NCBI GenBank assembly: GCA_964627825.1
Contig: CAZVLJ010000005.1
Location: 2,289-66,288 of the forward strand
Length of the DNA stretch: 64,000 bases
Direction: 5' to 3'
DNA from: an uncultured Rikenella sp.
GTDB lineage: Bacteria > Bacteroidota > Bacteroidia > Bacteroidales > VadinHA17
In this document: positions 63,049-64,000 of the stretch, piece after piece
Layout: the number at the start of each line of letters is the position of its first letter
Numbering within the stretch: the stretch's first letter is position 1
Translations under genes and position numbers: made by a program
Notes under the pieces: model-generated
The model's input: the letters and a program-made list of their open reading frames with translations, nothing else
Databases searched by the model: none
Told to the model about the DNA's origin: nothing

Positions 63049-64000
63049 GATAACCTGCTCCGGCAAACTTGTCTATAAGGAACAGCGCATACCTGATATC
63101 AAGGCTGATATTGCGGCTCTGCTTCGGGTTATACATGATATCCGAGGCAACGCCCTCCCAGGCACGGTCAAAGTTAACGCCTATCAGGTGACCCTCGGCA
63201 TTGAGCACCGGGCTGCCCGAGTTACCGCCTGTGGTATGGTTGTTGGCAATGAAGCATACAGGCACATCGCCGTTGACTGCATACCTGCCAAAATCCTTCT
63301 TCTCGTACAGTTCCCTCAGCCTGTCAGGCACATCATAATCATATATCTCCGGGTTATCTTTCTCCATTACTCCCGTAAGAGTGGTCTGATGCTTATGGTA
63401 GACAGCATCACGGGAATCATACCCCATCACCTTGCCATATGCCAGCCTGAGAGTGGAGTTGGCATCAGGATAGAAGATCCGGTCTTTATCCTTTTCCATC
63501 TGTGCCGTCATGTACAGCTTGTTCAGCTCTGTCAGCCTCCTGTCAGCAGTATTCATCTTTTCGTTAACCCTGGAACTGATAAGCTCTGAGGCCGAGAGAG
63601 CCATAATGTAGAATGGATCCTTCTCTACCTTTTTCGGGCTGAAATTGCTGATAAGATTCTTCACCTTTGCCTCATCCGTAAAGATTGATCTGGTAAAGAG
63701 CTTATCCGCCACGGCGGCGAAGTCGCCCCTGGCAGAGGCTGCAAGTTCCCTGTAGACACCCGTCTGCCACTCAGGCGCAATATTATCTCCGTAAAGCTCC
63801 ATTACGGCAACAAACAACTGCTTTGACACATTTTTGTCAAAGTTGCGGAAGAAATTGTCAGCATAACCGCTCAGTCTCTGAAGCTCCTTTTCAAGCTCTG
63901 CTTTCTGGTCAGGCTCTTTTTTGCCAGCCATCTCAACAGCCCTGCTGAATGCGACTGCCAGACCGGCCGGTTCCACTCCTGTTGAACCGAAGACCTCATT
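63002..64000 (-). CDS. S46-family dipeptidyl-peptidase (DPP7/DPP11-like), C-terminal part (5' end outside the window)
   Basis: The frame stays open to nt 64000. Catalytic Ser context NHTTGGNSGSPVLNAEGHLIGVNFD, typical of S46. Confidence 0.75.
   Translation of the reverse strand, partial: NEVFGSTGVEPAGLAVAFSRAVEMAGKKEPDQKAELEKELQRLSGYADNFFRNFDKNVSKQLFVAVMELYGDNIAPEWQTGVYRELAASARGDFAAVADKLFTRSIFTDEAKVKNLISNFSPKKVEKDPFYIMALSASELISSRVNEKMNTADRRLTELNKLYMTAQMEKDKDRIFYPDANSTLRLAYGKVMGYDSRDAVYHKHQTTLTGVMEKDNPEIYDYDVPDRLRELYEKKDFGRYAVNGDVPVCFIANNHTTGGNSGSPVLNAEGHLIGVNFDRAWEGVASDIMYNPKQSRNISLDIRYALFLIDKFAGAGYLIEELTLVGEPQHTP

Noticed and set aside
62945-63589. 214-aa plus-strand ORF antisense to the S46 peptidase gene
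   Set aside because: The minus strand carries the S46 catalytic-Ser motif GGNSGSP in this interval. The plus-strand product has no recognisable features.
1-64000. Search for mobile elements, defence systems, CRISPR arrays, tRNA/rRNA genes and hydF
   Set aside because: No transposase, integrase, recombinase or nuclease/ATPase defence-like ORFs. No spaced repeat arrays, no tRNA-like T-arm/anticodon structures in the intergenic regions longer than 100 nt, and no HydF-type GTPase. The window looks like core chromosome rather than an island; this was checked by eye only.

Overview
Dense 64-kb chromosomal window with about 45 protein-coding genes. I saw no rRNA, tRNA, CRISPR array, transposase or integrase. 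Gene content (S46, M14, M28 and C69 peptidases, lipoprotein signals, a T9SS-like Ig domain, a 7TMR-DISM kinase), TAnnTTTG-type -7 boxes and the lack of Shine-Dalgarno sequences suggest an anaerobic Bacteroidota genome; this is inference only. Blocks: (1) 0.9-19.6 kb, an [FeFe]-hydrogenase island. It holds hydE, then on the minus strand hydC-hydB-hydA, an H-domain histidine kinase, a REC protein, a REC-HK hybrid, rex, ribF, hydG and a tandem TM1266-like regulator. A small 2Fe-2S protein, an H-domain-PAS sensor and a PP2C phosphatase diverge from it on the plus strand. (2) 19.6-26.3 kb, housekeeping genes (NUDIX, metallophosphoesterase, M28, YgjP, YebC, a membrane protein, an orphan SiaC/DUF1987). 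(3) 26.5-33.9 kb, a candidate synthase-dependent exopolysaccharide module: clan GH-A-like hydrolase, then REC, a TPR-YaiO porin, a SPOR-TM-HEAT protein and a processive GT2. (4) 34.0-42.4 kb, a five-gene operon: ROK kinase, MFS, sulfatase, Tat-exported Gfo/Idh/MocA oxidoreductase and a HEAT plus 2xDUF1080 protein. (5) 42.5-51 kb, malic enzyme, a glycyl-radical enzyme with a minimal activase, and a lone carboxyltransferase with a degenerate biotinylation motif. (6) 51-58.6 kb, Dcp, a 7TMR-DISM kinase and an HcpR-ferredoxin-hcp module. (7) 58.8-64 kb, a 1415-aa double-activase fusion and a partial S46 peptidase. The most unusual signal is the hydrogenase island. It has three paralogous H-cluster domains, and none has the canonical TSCCP motif. 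Two different signalling branches, Rex with candidate operators, and a phosphorelay with no DNA-binding output sit in the same locus. All family calls come from motif reading and recall, not from searches.
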